NCBI GenBank assembly: GCA_951406725.2
Contig: OX597831.1
Span: 25,544,001 to 25,608,000 of the forward strand
Origin: Octopus vulgaris
Taxonomy: Eukaryota
Length of the DNA: 64,000 bases
Direction of reading: 5' to 3'
The translations under genes were made by a program, and so were the position numbers. The number at the start of each line of letters is the position of its first letter. Position 1 is the stretch's first letter. Below the pieces are notes generated by a model, which worked only from the letters and a program-made list of their open reading frames with translations, searched no databases and was not told the DNA's origin. Below are positions 26,051 to 41,020 of this stretch, in pieces.

Positions 26051-27985
26051 TCTAAATCATCCTCAAAGAGCTGATTTTATCTAAATACAATTGAGTAAAA
26101 TAAATAACCATGATAATGATTTATTAAGGGAAAATTTGACAGACTCTCTGTCTCTCACTTTCTCTCTTACACATCCTCTCATTCTCTCTCTCACTCATTC
26201 TCACTGTCTCTCACACACACTGTGTGTGTGCATGTGTGTGTGTGTACATCCCTCTCTCTCTCTCTCTCACACACACACACTCACACACTTACACACATAC
26301 ACACACACACACACCAGTTTTCATTCTCATCTTCTTTATTTGTTTCTTTTTCTCCCTCTTTCTGTCTTTCTCTCTTACTCCTTCTTCGACTCTCTCTCTC
26401 CCTTTGTCTTACTCCTTCTTTGACTCTCTCTCTTTCTCTCTCTCTTTTATTCTCTCTCTCTCTCTCTCTCTCTCTCCTTCCTTGTGTCTCTTTCTCTCAC
26501 TTTTTAATTGTCTCCCTCTCCCTCTTTCTTTATCTGTCTTTCTCTCAATCTCTCCCCCTCTCCCTGTCAACTTGGAATGGTGAAGCTGCTGTGTGATAGG
26601 AATTATTGGGGGTCGTGGTAGTGGGGGAGGGGGAGGGGGTGAGTGCAGAGATGGTGTTTTACAGACTAACGAGGGGGAAAAGTCTTTCTGTTTTTATTTT
26701 TTTTTGATTACCTTTTAACGCCAACTTATAAAAGAAGCACCAACGAAAACCAGTAAAAAAAAAACAAAAAAAACCAAAAGATACAGAAACATCACCACCA
26801 CCACCAACAACAACAACATCAATCATGATAACAACAACAACAACAACCACAGCCACAGGAAAATAGTCTCATAATAAATAGTTTTTCAGAAGAATATTGT
26901 TTAACAATATGGAGTCACTAACAAGACTGTATGAACAATTGATACTGTTAGACGGCGGGGGAATAGCAACAACAACAACAACAATAATACCAATAACAAC
27001 AACAATAATACCAATAACAACAGCAACAACAACATCGGCATAATCTATTAAGAATTGCTTCTTTACATTCACACACCTTCGCTCTCTCTCTCGCTTTACA
27101 TATATTGTCTCTTTATGACTACCACCACCACCACCACTACCACCACTACCATCATTATCATCACCATTATATTGATGGTCACTATCATACCATTGATGTC
27201 ATCAATGATAAAGATGATGTGGATAAGGGTGATGATGACTGCCACTATCATCATCATCATCATCATCCTCGTCATGATCATCACCATAACGACAGCACTG
27301 TCTTGATATTGATGTTGCTGATTGTTGTGATGATGATGATAACGACGATGATGATGACAATGATGACGATGTTATATTTTTTCTATTTTTTTTATTTTTC
27401 TGATACTCTCTTCAGTCATTTGAGTTGGATGATATTTGAAGTGTTCGGTTTGCTTATATCAGTGTGTTTGTGTGTGTGTGTTTGTCCCTTACCACTGCTT
27501 GATAGCCAATGTTCATTTGCTCCCCATAATTAAGCAGTTCAGCAAAATAGACCGCTAGAATAAGTACCTGAGACTGAATCATTCGACTAAAATTCTTCAG
27601 TGCAGTGCCCCTGTGTGGCTTTCACCCTTTCAGGATCAATAAATAACATTTCAGTTTAGGGGGTCAATGTAAATTGACTAGCCCACTCCCCAAAACTTTC
27701 AGACCTCATGCCGTGCCTTAAGTAGAAGCCATCATCATCGTCCTCATTATCATTATCCAACATGAAGCAAGCTGGCACAATCATTAGCATGTTGGACAAA
27801 ATGCTTAGCAACATTTTGCCTGGTGCCTTATGTTCCAAATTCAAAAAGTGCTTAGGTCTTAGATAAAGTACCAGTAAAATACTGGGGTTGAAATAATCAA
27901 TTGGCCATCTTTTCTCCTAATGCTGCTGGTCATGCACCAAAATTTGGAACAGTTATTATTACTATTATTATTATCCTTATTATTA

Positions 27986-28540
27986 TTGAGTGAGAGAGCA
28001 GCATATGTCATCAAAGTGACACTGGGGTAAGATATATGAAGCCCAGTATACCCATCATGACTACCCGTCTGATAAGGGTACACCAGGCACATGTATCACA
28101 ACCATATGTACATGGTGATCTCATATCAAGATAAACAGTGCATGACCTTGCAGGTGGGGCCCAGTTAGAATTTTCTTTTGGTCAAGTAGCCAATCCCACT
28201 CAAAAGGTCCCTGATTAAGGATTGTTTAAGGATGTTGAACGACCACCCATGTTTCCAAACGTGAATTATCCAAACCTCCAGGAATTCCTCTCAACACACG
28301 TCTATGATGCTCCCCCACTACTTCTGCTCATGATCAGAGATGCACATATCGTCAGCCACTGAGGGACATGGTCAACTGGTTAAGGTCAAACAACTGACAA
28401 ACAAATATGTGGTATTGAGCAGAATATTTGCTGTAGCCCGTCTTTTATACCAAGACAAAACAATGTACATGATAACACTTCCAATCAGTTAAGATCAAAA
28501 GCCATGAGAATCATTGCCTGGTACTGCATCAGGGCATTTA
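27986..28540. mobile_element. (TTA)n-flanked interspersed element, longest copy
   Basis: TTGAGTGAGAGAGCAG...GCATCAGGGCATTTA; homologous to 6176-6677. Confidence 0.78.
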
Positions 28541-28769
28541 TGATTATTATTATTATTATTATTATTATCTTTATTATTATTATTATTATCTTTATTATTA
28601 TTATTATTATTGAGTGAGAGAGCAGTGCATGCCACCCAATTGACTCTTGGGTACAAATATCCAAAGCCCAGTATACCCATCATGACATGATAACACTTCA
28701 AATCAGTTAAGGTCAGAAGCAATGAGAGCCAGTGCCTGGTATTGCATCTGTTGTTGTTGTTCTTCTTCT

Positions 28770-28836
<67 letters not shown>

Positions 28837-29146
28837 CATTATTATTATTATTATTATTATTTGCATCTGTTATTATTATTAATATTCAACATTTGATAGT
28901 TTCAGTTAAATTTCTACTGCATCCTCCGCTACACCTCTGCCTTGCTGGAGTGTATGCAACATAGATTCTTCTTGTTTCTTTTTCTTGTCGGGGGAATACA
29001 AACTCTTCCTGGTATTGTATTGCACTAGTTTGTTTTGCTATGGGGGTTTGGCTTCAGTCTTTTGTTGTATCAGTGTTTGTATTGTGTGTTGCGTGTGTGT
29101 GTGTGTGTGTGTGTAATGCAAGTTGTGTTCTTCTATTGGATATCTC

Positions 29147-29173
29147 ATTACTACTACTACTACTACTACCACC

Positions 29174-29209
<36 letters not shown>

Positions 29210-29210
29210 T

Positions 29211-29250
<40 letters not shown>

Positions 29251-29420
29251 TACTACTACTATTATCACCACCACCACCACTACTACTACTACTTCCACTA
29301 CTATTTCTACTACTACTACCACCACCACCATCACTACTATTACTACTACTACTACTTCCACTACTACTACTACTACTTCCACCACTACCACCATCAACAC
29401 CACCATTACGACCACTACTA

Positions 29421-29481
<61 letters not shown>

Positions 29482-29522
29482 CACCACTACCACCATCAAC
29501 ACCACCATTACGACCACTACTA

Positions 29523-29582
<60 letters not shown>

Positions 29583-29625
29583 TTATTACTACTACTACTA
29601 CTTCCACTACTACTACTACTACTGC
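29147..29625. repeat. (CTA)n/(CCA)n tract with internal ~102 bp duplication
   Basis: CTTCCACCACTACCACCATCAACACCACCATTACGACC occurs twice (about 29375 and 29477). Confidence 0.92.
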
Positions 29626-30102
29626 AAATGGTGGTATGTTGTGTTGCAAACCCAACAAACCCACACAAGCATTGCACAAGTAGATGTTAAGATGTTTATG
29701 GTGATTGATAGAAATGTCAATATCCATTCTCGTAGCTCCACGGCTGTGGCATTTACATAATGTACTTTTAAACACTGAACGCATGCGTGCACACACTCAC
29801 ACATACACACACATATATATATGTGTATATATATATATACTTATATATATTCTCATACATATATATAAATGTATATATATATATATATATATAAGCACAC
29901 ACACACACACACACACACACACAAGATTCACATTTAACCTCAGTACATAACTCTCCTTGTGTCAGTTTTCCAGGCTTAGAAACAGCTATCATTCCTGCTT
30001 CATATAATGATGCAAGAAGTGGTTACCCGACTTTAAAAATAAACTAGTGTTATAGTAAATGACTGCAGTAGACAAAACATTTATATATATATATATATAA
30101 TT

Positions 30103-30304
30103 CTATATTTAAGAGATGAGGAATTATGTACATTACTTACATTTGATGGACATTTGTCCTCATCTTGTTTGTTGTTAACACAACGTTTTGGCTGATAAAC
30201 CCTCCACGGGCATATAGCGTAGTGGTTAAGAGCGCAGGCTACTAACCACAAGATTCCAAGTTCGATTCCAGGCAGTGATCTGAATAATAAAAATAATAAT
30301 AATG

Positions 30305-30335
<31 letters not shown>

Positions 30336-30478
30336 CAACATCGAAAAATAAATTAGGAATGAGAACCCAGGTTCAAAATTTCTCCAAGACACCTGATGAA
30401 GGCTGGATGGTATATCAGCTGAAACATTGTGTTAACAACAAACAAGATGAGGACAAATAACCATCAGATGTAAATAAT
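30103..30478 (+). mobile_element. family E tRNA-headed element with HHR tail, preceded by an inverted tail fragment
   Basis: 30208-30478: tRNA head, (AAT)n, then CTGATGA..GAAA at 30388-30433; 30103-30207 is the reverse complement of the tail. Confidence 0.8.
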
Positions 30479-30939
30479 ATATGTGAGTGTATATATATAT
30501 ATTATATATATTTATCTGTGTGTATGTATATGTGTTGGGTATGTTCCAAGTAATAAGCTGATGAAGCACGTTCACTATCTCCCTGATGTCATCCACGGTG
30601 TTAATACAATTATCACTAGCTCTACATCTTAATTACTACCTGTCTTCATCTATAAAGTCACAACTGAATCCTTCCCTCACCATTCCTGCCAATTGGCTTA
30701 AACATACTTCCACTAATAATGTGCTGTATTAAAACTGAGTGAAACTGAGTTTCTTTAACGAGATTTTACAATATCACTTCTTGAGGAGATATATATCTGC
30801 ACCGGCGGATACACCACAACATCAGTTGTACAGTACCCCACCTGTGAGGGATTGATATAGGATGCATTGAAACGATTGTTGTGAGCAATGAAGTTTCTCC
30901 TACATTCCATTTTCCGTCACTATCATTTGTTAAGTCAAG

Positions 30940-31280
30940 GAAACTCATGGAGGAGGTAAACCCAGGAAAATATGGGACGAGGTGGTGAAGCTTGATCTTT
31001 GGACATTGGGCTTCATTGAGGCAATGACGAGTGACCTGTATGTTGTGCTTGAGAAGACCCATCAGGTTAAGGGAATCTGTAGTCCTGGATGATGCCAGTG
31101 TCACATAATTGGCACTCATGCTGGTGGTATATAACAAGCAGCCATCACACTCTTGGAGTGGTTGGCATTAGGAAGGGCATGCAGCCATAGGAACCATGCC
31201 AAATCAGACTGGAACATGGTGCAGCTTTCCCGCTTACCAGTTCCAGTCAAACTGTCTAACCCATGCCAGAATTGAAAGCA
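30940..31280 (+). mobile_element. RTE LINE: ORF2 end plus 3' UTR
   Basis: GGGKPRKIWDEVVKLDLWTLGFIEAMTSD (GRPRKTW motif) followed by the GGAAGGGCAT UTR motif. Confidence 0.82.
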
Positions 31281-31338
31281 AGCACACACACATACACACA
31301 CACACACTCACACACACACTTATATATATATACACACA

Positions 31339-31672
31339 GTGAAGGCACATGGCCCAGTGGTTAGAGTGTTGAGCTTACGATCATGAGGTAGTGAGTTTGA
31401 TTTCCGGACCAGGCTGTTTGTTGTGTTCTTGAGCAAGACACTTTATTTCACATTGCTCCACTTCACTCAGCTGTAGAAATGAATTGTAACATCACTGGTG
31501 CCAAGCTGTTGCAGCCCCTTTGCCTCTCCCTTGGATAACATTGGTGGCATGGAGAGGGGAGGCTGGTATGCATGGGTGACTGCTGGTCTTACATAGACAA
31601 CAGTGCCCAGACTTGTGCTTCAGAGGGTAACTTTCTAGTTGCAAACCCATGGTCATTCATGACTGAAGGAGG
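31339..31672 (+). mobile_element. SINE family D
   Basis: TGGCCCAGTGG A box; CORE-like TTCTTGAGCAAGACACTT...CACTCAGCTGTA. Confidence 0.82.
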
Positions 31673-31713
31673 TCAGCCTTTTTATATATATACACACCTA
31701 TATATACATATAA

Positions 31714-31945
31714 AGGCGGCGAGCTGGCAGAAACGTTAGCACGCTGGGCGAAATGCGTAGCCGTATTTCGTCTGTCGTTACGTTCCGAGTTCGAATTCCG
31801 CCGAGGTCGACTTTGCCTTTCATCCTTTCGGGGTCGATAAATTAAGTACCAGTTACGCACTGGCATCGATGTAATCGACTTAATCCCATTGTCTGTCCTT
31901 GTTTGTCCCCTCTGTGTTTAGCCCCTTGTGGGTAGTAAAGAAATA
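31714..31945 (+). mobile_element. tRNA-derived SINE family B (Meta-domain-like), full length
   Basis: GGCGGCGAGCTGGCAGAA head, GAGTTCGAATTCC B box, GCCTTTCATCCTTTCGGGGTCGATAAATTAAGTACCAG centre. Confidence 0.9.
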
Positions 31946-32002
31946 TATATATATATACATATATAATTATAGGTATGTTGATGCATACCTATATGCATCA
32001 AC

Positions 32003-32035
<33 letters not shown>

Positions 32036-32068
32036 TGTATATAAATATAAATATATACATATATATAT

Positions 32069-32268
32069 GTGGCACCTGTGTCGGTGGCACATAAAATCAC
32101 CCACTACACTCTCGGAGTGGTTGGCGTTAGGAAGGGCATCCAGCTGTAGAAACACTGCCACATCTGACTGGCCTGGTGCAGCCTTCGGGCTTCCCAGACC
32201 CCAGTTGAACCGTCCAACCCATGCTAGCATGGAAAGCGGACGTTAAACGATGATGATGATGATGATGA
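32069..32268 (+). mobile_element. RTE 3' UTR fragment with (GAT)n tail
   Basis: GGACGTTAAACGATGATGATG end. Confidence 0.85.
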
Positions 32269-32295
32269 TATATATATATATATAATTATACATGT

Positions 32296-32358
<63 letters not shown>

Positions 32359-32706
32359 GTATACGTATTACACAAGGTAATATGCATACAACTTTCTCTC
32401 TTCTAATTGATTATTTATTTCATCTGTCATGTCAAAATCGGAAACAGAAAAATATTTGTTCTTCATAAATACATCGACTAGAATACCGTACTTTCATACT
32501 ATGTGTGAATCTATCACTGTGTGCATGTGTTTCTGTCGCCATATGTCCCTGTGCGCATGTATCCATATTTAAACATATCCATACAGAATTTTACATTGTG
32601 TTTCTTGTTCTTGTTACTGCTGATATTTATATACATCAGTTTACTCTTCCTGTATTGTGTTCCTAGCAACACACTACTCAAAATTTCATATATATCAACT
32701 TACGTG

Positions 32707-32746
<40 letters not shown>

Positions 32747-32803
32747 TATATACATATATGTACATAAATATATATATATATATATACACACATATATACA
32801 TAT

Positions 32804-32848
<45 letters not shown>

Positions 32849-32988
32849 CACTCACATATATATACATGTATTAATATATATAGATAATTATATATATACT
32901 TGTATATATATGTATATATATATGTGGGTGTGTATATATGTATGTATATATTTATATATATTAATATGTATATGTATATATTTATATA

Positions 32989-33031
<43 letters not shown>

Positions 33032-33060
33032 GTATGTGTATTCTTTATATATATATGTAT

Positions 33061-33091
<31 letters not shown>

Positions 33092-33722
33092 CATATGCAA
33101 ACTCATGTGTGGGTGGGTGTCTACATGTTTGTGTATATGTGTAATGTATATATTTTATTTTTGTCCAAGATGATCAAATTTTGCTGTTGTTGTTGTTCTT
33201 CTTCTTCTTCTTGTTATCCGTCCAACGAAATCAAATCACCTATCAATCAATCTATCAAAACAAAAGAAATAATCACCACTTTATTGCAGTTCTGTGTTTT
33301 TATTTTCATTGTTGCTTGAGCGATTGAGTATAAAAAAAAAACAGAACCAAAACAAAACAAAGAAAAAAAAACAGACAAGGCTATATGATTGTTCTTTAGA
33401 TTCGTTTTTTTTCTCTTTGTTTATATCTAAGTCTTTCTCTCGCAAAAATATTAAGGTAAAAAAAAAAGACCTTCAAACGGATCTTGATTCCATTATTGTG
33501 AGATATAGGATTTATAGATACCCCCCTAACACACACACACACACACACACGTCCACAACATGGTTCTATGTGTATATGTGTACAAGGTAAATTGGAAGAG
33601 TTTTAGCTCTCTGCATTCTGAGTTCAAATCATACCAAGATCTGCATTACCATCCCTGCTTTTGTGGCTCATAAATAAAACATCAATCCAATCCAATACTA
33701 GTGTTGAGATTTCCTCATCAGC

Positions 33723-33758
<36 letters not shown>

Positions 33759-33845
33759 TTCTTCTTCTTCTTCTTCTTCTTCTTCTTCTTCTTCTTCTTC
33801 TTCTTCTTCTTCTTCTTCTTCTTCTTCTTCTTCTCCTTCTTCTTT
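33723..33845. repeat. (TCA)n(TCT)n microsatellite
   Basis: Direct run. Confidence 0.95.
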
Positions 33846-34018
33846 TTCTCCTCCTCTCTCCTACTTCCAGCATATGTGGAGGAAATCTGGTATGTTCTGC
33901 TCTGGAGAGGATTGGGCCTGCCCCCACCAAATTTAAATGTGTTTAACATGCCATATATCACAATGGTGCCCCTACAATTCAGGCAAGATCTGAATGAATG
34001 TATGTATGTATGTATGTA

Positions 34019-34057
<39 letters not shown>

Positions 34058-34059
34058 AT

Positions 34060-34630
34060 TATTCTTGTACTTGTTTCAGTGATTAGACAACAGCCATGCT
34101 GGAGCATCACCGTGTAGGGTTTTAGCAGAAGGTACTTAATTTCTTTAAGCCTGATATTTATTTTATCAGTCACTTTTGCTGAACTGCCAAGTTACAGAAC
34201 TTAAACAAACCATCTTCAATTGTCAAACTGCAGTGGTGGTGGGGTCAAACACATACACTCACATGTACCCCCCCCCCACACATATACATGCATACGCATG
34301 CACACACACTCCCATTCACACACACACACACAGACATATTATTCAGCAAGCATCTTTTAAGGCTTCGAATGGACCATGTCTATAACAGAGCACATTTGCC
34401 CAATAAGCCATTCAGTGGAACTGAACCTGGAACCTTGTGGTTGGGAAACAAACTTCTTATCACACAGCTATCCCTGTGCCTTAAAATATGGAATGCTTAA
34501 TTTATCGACCCAGAAAGTATGAAAGTCAAAGCCAACCTCGGCGGAATTTGAACTCAGGATGTAAAGACAGAGGAAATGCCACTAAGCATTTCGTCCGGTA
34601 TGCTAAAGTTTTTGCCAGCTCGACACCTTT
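34060..34630 (-). mobile_element. diverged family A SINE followed by family B 5' part
   Basis: Homology to family A (about 34060-34480) and family B (about 34500-34630). Confidence 0.75.
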
Positions 34631-34832
34631 GACTCATATAATACTGATGTTGTTATGATGGTGATGGCAATTTCTCTTTTTTTGGCCATGAGGGCCCAAA
34701 ACACTGAGGACAGTATCAAAGGATAAAATACAGTACACAAAAAGTGGAGTTATACATTGATCAAAAGGAAATCAATAACAACAATAAAAGTATAGCAAAA
34801 GACATGAAATAATTTTCAACCAGAAAGTACTA

Positions 34833-35168
<336 letters not shown>

Positions 35169-35563
35169 TTAGTACTGAATTTTTATTGTTATACCATTGG
35201 GATGGGTTGTTGTTTTTATGGGTTTTTCTGCATTTTATTTTACGAAATTTTATGAATTTTACCAACTAGCCACACAGACTGCATCAATTTCTTCTCAACT
35301 CTGTCGTATCTTATTTCTTCTGACAACTGTTCTTGCAGTGTTTCTGTTGTTGACTGAAGAATTTATACTAAAGAATTTCCCCACCCTCCCCACTCTCTCC
35401 ACCGATATACATAGTATTTTAGTATTTGAAAATGTTCTTTCCTTGCAAGACAGTTTCCCCTGTTAAGAAAAATAAATCACTGCCAAGCGTCGTGTAATAA
35501 AACTCTTGCTGTATCTAAGGCTAAAGTTTTTTTTAATGTTAATCATAATAAATAGCCGGCTAG

Positions 35564-36425
35564 AGAGAATACCAGAAGATTGTGTATGTGTGTGCATCAT
35601 GTGTGAGTGAGTGTGCAGCTATGTACATGGATGTGTAACCATTAACTTGAATTGGATTGGGTAATGAATATCATAGCAATAACTTGAAAATTGCTGCAGG
35701 GAGCAGAGAAGGCTTTCATCATGGATATTGTAAAAACATGTAGAATGAAAGACACAAGAGTGGCTGCATGGTAAGTGGCTTCTAATGAAATACATCCTCC
35801 TCAGGAGTGGCTGTGTGGTAAGTAGCTTGCTTACCAGCCACATGGTTCTGGGTTTAGTCCCACTGCGTATCACCTTGGGCAAGTGTCTTCTACTCTAGCC
35901 TCAGACTGACCAAAGAGAATATCAGAAGATTGTGTATGTGTGTGCATTATGTGTGAGTGAGTGTGCAGCTATGTACATGGATGTGTAACCATTAACTTGA
36001 ATTGGATTGGGTAATGAATATCAGAGCAATAACTTGGAAATTGCTTCAGGGAGAAGAGAAGGCTTTCATCATGGATATTGTAAAAACATGTAGAATGAAG
36101 GACACAAGAGTGGCTGCATGGTAAGTAGCTTGCTTACCAACCACATGGTTTCGTGTTCAGTTCCACTGTGTGACACCTTGGGCAAGTGTCTTCTACTATG
36201 TCTTCAGGCTGACTCAAACCTTGTGAGCGGATATGGTAGACAGAAACTGAAAGAAACCCATCGTATTTGTGTGTATGTATTTGTCCCCCCACCATCGGTT
36301 GACAACCGATGTTGGTGCGTTTACGTCTTGTTACTTAGCAGTAGTCACTTGCCCAAGGTGCCATGTAGTGGAACTGAACCCAGAACCATGTGGTTCGTAA
36401 GCAAGCTACTTACCACACAGCCACC
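35564..36425 (+). repeat. 350 bp-period local duplication with family A SINE fragments
   Basis: 35564-35777 is repeated at 35914-36127; inverted SINE head at about 36345-36425. Confidence 0.85.
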
Positions 36426-36753
36426 ACTGAGCCTTTTAGCAATTATATAGAAATATATTATAACTTGTTTTAGATACTGGTGTTGAGTTATTGCAGCAAG
36501 GTTTTCGTTCATTTTGTTCTTGTCCAACCAAGCACATACACTCAAATACATACATACATAACTTACACACACACATATATAGTCACACATGCAAACATTC
36601 ACGCATACATATATACATCAACATATATCTACATACACATATACACGCAAAAACATTTCATCCATCTACATCTAAACATACATGCATGTGCACATGGACC
36701 ACAACTATGTATCATGAATTAATGGCTCAGAATTTAATATAAATGCTCTTAAT

Positions 36754-36756
<3 letters not shown>

Positions 36757-36809
<53 letters not shown>

Positions 36810-36826
36810 CATATATATATATATAC

Positions 36827-36896
<70 letters not shown>

Positions 36897-36926
36897 ACAT
36901 ATATATATATACATATATATATATAT

Positions 36927-36990
<64 letters not shown>
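36757..36990. repeat. (TA)n(CA)n(TA)n microsatellite
   Basis: Direct run. Confidence 0.95.
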
Positions 36991-36994
<4 letters not shown>

Positions 36995-37543
36995 GATGTA
37001 AGAATAGCATCAAGCACAATGATGAGAAACAAAAGAGATATATCTACTGCAGTGGTCAAACTTGCTACCAGTTCCACCTCACAGAGTCTATTGTTATAAT
37101 GTTCATTTACTATACTGAACATGAATGGCGAGACTTACAAGATTCAGTAAAGTATAAAACACAACACATTGAATTATCCATTTTCCTCTGGTCGTTTTTA
37201 TTGAGATAATAATGATTTGAGCATGCAGCAATGAGTGGTAAACAGGATATTCATTGACAGTGAGGGATATCTAATGCAACACTGGATTAACCATTAAGCA
37301 AAATAAGCTCAACAAGGGAAGGAGGGCACCAGAGAAATGGTAGATGGTTTACAGCACAAAAGAAATCTTTTTAAACCCGCTAAAATGATATTCAAAGTGG
37401 TTTATATGATCAGAAACATAATTTTGAAGTGAGGAAGTGATTAAAGACTTTGCAATTAAAAAAAAAAAGCAGAGGAAAACTTCAAATATAAAGTGGAAGT
37501 AAACGAAGATGAGCATTATTTTCTATCTTACCGTTAGCTTTTT

Positions 37544-37545
<2 letters not shown>

Positions 37546-37577
<32 letters not shown>

Positions 37578-37858
37578 ACATCGTTTAACGTCCGCTTTCC
37601 ATGCTAGCATGGGTTGGATAGTTCAACTGGTGTCTGGGAAGCCCGAAGGCTGCACCAGGCCAGTCAGATCTGGCGGTGTTTCTACAGCTGGATGCCCTTC
37701 CTAACGCCAACCACTCCATGAGTGTAGTGGGTGCTTTTTACATGCCACTGGCACAGGTGCCAGACGAGGCTGGCAGACGGCCACGCTTGGATGGTGTTTT
37801 TTATGTGCCACCAGCACGGAGGCCAGTCGATGCGGTGCTGGCTACGGCCACGTTTGGC
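37546..37858 (-). mobile_element. RTE 3' UTR fragment
   Basis: (CAT)n followed by CGTTTAACGTCCGCTTTCCATGC. Confidence 0.85.
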
Positions 37859-38555
37859 TAAAAATTCATTTTATGGTTTATTATAGATTATATTTTCAAT
37901 TACATATATATAGGGGCATCAAAATCTTTAAGTGCTTAAGGCCTCTATGGCTTATAATCAAACCCTGATCTCAAAGGTGCCAGAAGACTAACTGCCATAT
38001 GGGAGTTGATGATGATTAGATCTTATAATGTAGTGAAATGCAGAGGATTTAAATGTTCTTAAATCGATTTGCACAACTAAAGGCGGTGCTCCAGCATGGC
38101 TGCAGTCAAATGACTCAAACAAGTAAAAGAGTATAGTGAGGAGAATATCAGACACCTTTGATTGAAACAGGTGTAAGATGTGTGTGTTATTGCTGTTGTT
38201 GGTTTGCCCCAGGTGAGCTACGATCAACCCAACCTATGATCAGAGTTATTCCAGCCATAACCACACCAACTTTTTTGTATATCAAGGAATATATTCCTCC
38301 ATTTTTATTCAAGGGATTAGGCATGATATGAGTGAATGTTGGTTTCTATTTCTTACAGGTTGAGCCATTACATCAACACTGTCATATGTATAGGATGTGC
38401 ATTTGTGTGTGTGTGTTTAAATTTTTTGGGTTTTTTGTTCTCCATATTATTGCCTTCCATAACCTTGCTATGCGAAGAGTCTCCTATCAGCATTGTTTTT
38501 CCTCAAAACACCCAAATTCTTTTGCCTTGATGAGCATACTTCTAATTGCAAAAAG

Positions 38556-38980
38556 GCACAGGAGTGGCTGTGTGGTAAGTAGCTTGCTTACCAACCACAT
38601 GGTTCCGGGTTCAGTCCCACTGCATAGCACCTTGGGCAAGTGTCTTCTACTATAGCCTCAGACTGACCAAAGCCTTGTGAGTGGATTTGGTAGATGGAAA
38701 CTGAAAGAAGCCCATCGTATATATGTATATGTATATATATATGTATGTATATGTGTTTGTGTTTGTCCCCCAAACATCGCTTGACAACTGATGCTGGTGT
38801 GTTTACTTCCCCATAACTTAGCAGTTCGGCAAAAGTGACTGATAGAATAAGTACTAGGCTTACAAAGAATAAGTCCCAAGGTCAATTTGCTCAAATAAAG
38901 GTGGGGCTCCAGCATGGCCACAGTCAAATGACTGAAACAGAGTAAAAATAAAAGAGTAAGAAAGAGAGAGAGTAAAAGAG
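38556..38980 (+). mobile_element. SINE family A, full length
   Basis: As above. Confidence 0.92.
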
Positions 38981-39165
38981 TACCCATGTGTTTTTTATAA
39001 TTAAACAAAAATTTGGAAGTATTTCATAAAAGAAATAACAGTTTCAACTTGGCCTGAGCATGGACTCAAACTCAAATTAAATGAAATGAAATTTAGTTTA
39101 ATTATAATTTATATAAGGATCTAAATCAATTAATCTAATTTCTAGTTAACATCAATAGTTAACAT

Positions 39166-39398
39166 CAAAAAGCACCAATCCAATCGTGGCCGTTGCCAGC
39201 CTCGCCTGGCACGTAAAATGCACCCACTACACTCACGGAGTGGTTGGCGTTAGGAAGGGCATCCAGCTGTAGAAACACTGCCAGATCAGACTGGAGCCTG
39301 GTGCAGCCTTTCTGGCTTCCCAGATCCCGGTCGAACCGTCCAACCCATGCTAGCATGGAAAGCGGACGTTAAACGATGATGATGATGATGATGATGAT
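39166..39398 (+). mobile_element. RTE 3' UTR fragment with (GAT)n tail
   Basis: As 32069. Confidence 0.85.
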
Positions 39399-39905
39399 TA
39401 TTAATTTGACGTCTGGATGTAAGTTAAAGAGACCCTTAAACAAAACCATGCTGGAAGATTTTTTAATTTAAATTTAAATCCGGTCTTTTTAAAAATCAAT
39501 AATTTCCTATCATAAAACGCAAGGTGTTCTCAAGCTGGTTGATATTTCACAGGTTAAGAAGATGTAGATAAAAAAGCTGTGTCTTAGGAAATTGGTTGTT
39601 TGTGGTAGTAAAAATCAATAAATTACATTTGCAAATCTAAATAACTTTATTATGTCAGAGACTTGACTTCTAAGACGTCAGGAAATGGCCTATTCTGGAG
39701 GAGAAAAGCGAGATTATTTCTTTAAAGAAGGGCTCTACCCTAAACAAAGAAATTTCCATCTGCACGATGGCATTTAGATTTATTTGCATTTGGGAATTCT
39801 AAAATGTAGCTGCGTAGTAAGATGTTTGCTTTCCAACCACATGGTTCCACTTTCAGTCCCATTCTGTGGCACATTGGGCAAATGTATTATTCTAAAAAAC
39901 ATATA

Positions 39906-40321
39906 CTCTTTTACTCTTTTACTCTTTTACTTGTTTCAGTCATTTGACTGCGGCCATGCTGGAGCACCGACTTTAATCGAGTAGCTCGATCCCGGGACTT
40001 ATTCTGTTGTAAGCCCAGTACTTATTCTATCGGTCTCTTTTGCCGAACCGCTAAGTAACGGGGACATAAACACACCAGCATCAGTTGCCAAGTAATGCTA
40101 GGGGGACAAACACAGACACACAAACAAAGACACACAAACACACACACATATATATATACATATATACGACAGGCTTCTTTTCAGTTTCCATCTACCAAAT
40201 CCACTCACAAGGCTTTGGTCAGCCCGAGGCTATAGTAGAAGACATTTGCCCAAGGTGCCCCGCAGTGGGACTGAACCCGGAACCATGTGGTTGGTAAACA
40301 AGTTACTTACCACACAGCCAC
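39906..40321 (-). mobile_element. SINE family A
   Basis: As above. Confidence 0.92.
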
Positions 40322-40384
40322 ATATGGTGCAATACAAGAGATGATAAAAGAGTATTTTTTTTTATTTATTCTTTTTCCTTTTCT

Positions 40385-40591
40385 CTTTTATTCTTTAATT
40401 TGTTTCAGTCATTTGACTGCAGCCATGCTAGAGCACCACCTTTAGTTGACCGAATCGACCCCAGGACTTATTCTTTGTAAGCCTAGTACTTATTCTATCA
40501 GCCTCTTTTGGTGAACCACTAATTTATGGGAACATAAGCACACCAACATCGGTTGTCAAGCAACAGTAGGGTGGCAAACACAAACATACAA

Positions 40592-40627
<36 letters not shown>

Positions 40628-41020
40628 GACAGGCTTCTTCCAGTTTCCGTCTAATAAATCCACTCACACGGCTTTAGTCAGTCTGAGACTATAATAGAAG
40701 ACGCCTGCCCAAGGTGTCATGTAGTAGGACTGAACCCAGAACCATGTGGTTGAGAAGCAAGCTTACTTCTTTATTGCCCACAAGGAGCTAAACATAGAGG
40801 GGCCAAACAAGGACAGACAAACAGATTAAGTTGATTACATCAACCCCAGCGCATAACTGGTACTTAATATATCGACCCCGAAAGGATGAAAGGCAACATC
40901 GACCTCAGCAGAATTTGAACTCAGAATGTAAAAGGCGGATGAAAGACCACAAAGCATTTCGCCCGGCATGCTAACATTTCTGCCAACTCACAGCCTTCTT
41001 ACTACACAGCCACACCTGTA
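40385..41020 (-). mobile_element. family A SINE with a family B SINE (about 40767-40998) inserted in its tRNA head
   Basis: Family A sequence resumes CTTACTACACAGCC after the B copy. Confidence 0.85.

Noticed and set aside
37278-37967. hAT-like element around the RTE fragment
   Set aside because: Only weak terminal similarity and no clear 8 bp TSD
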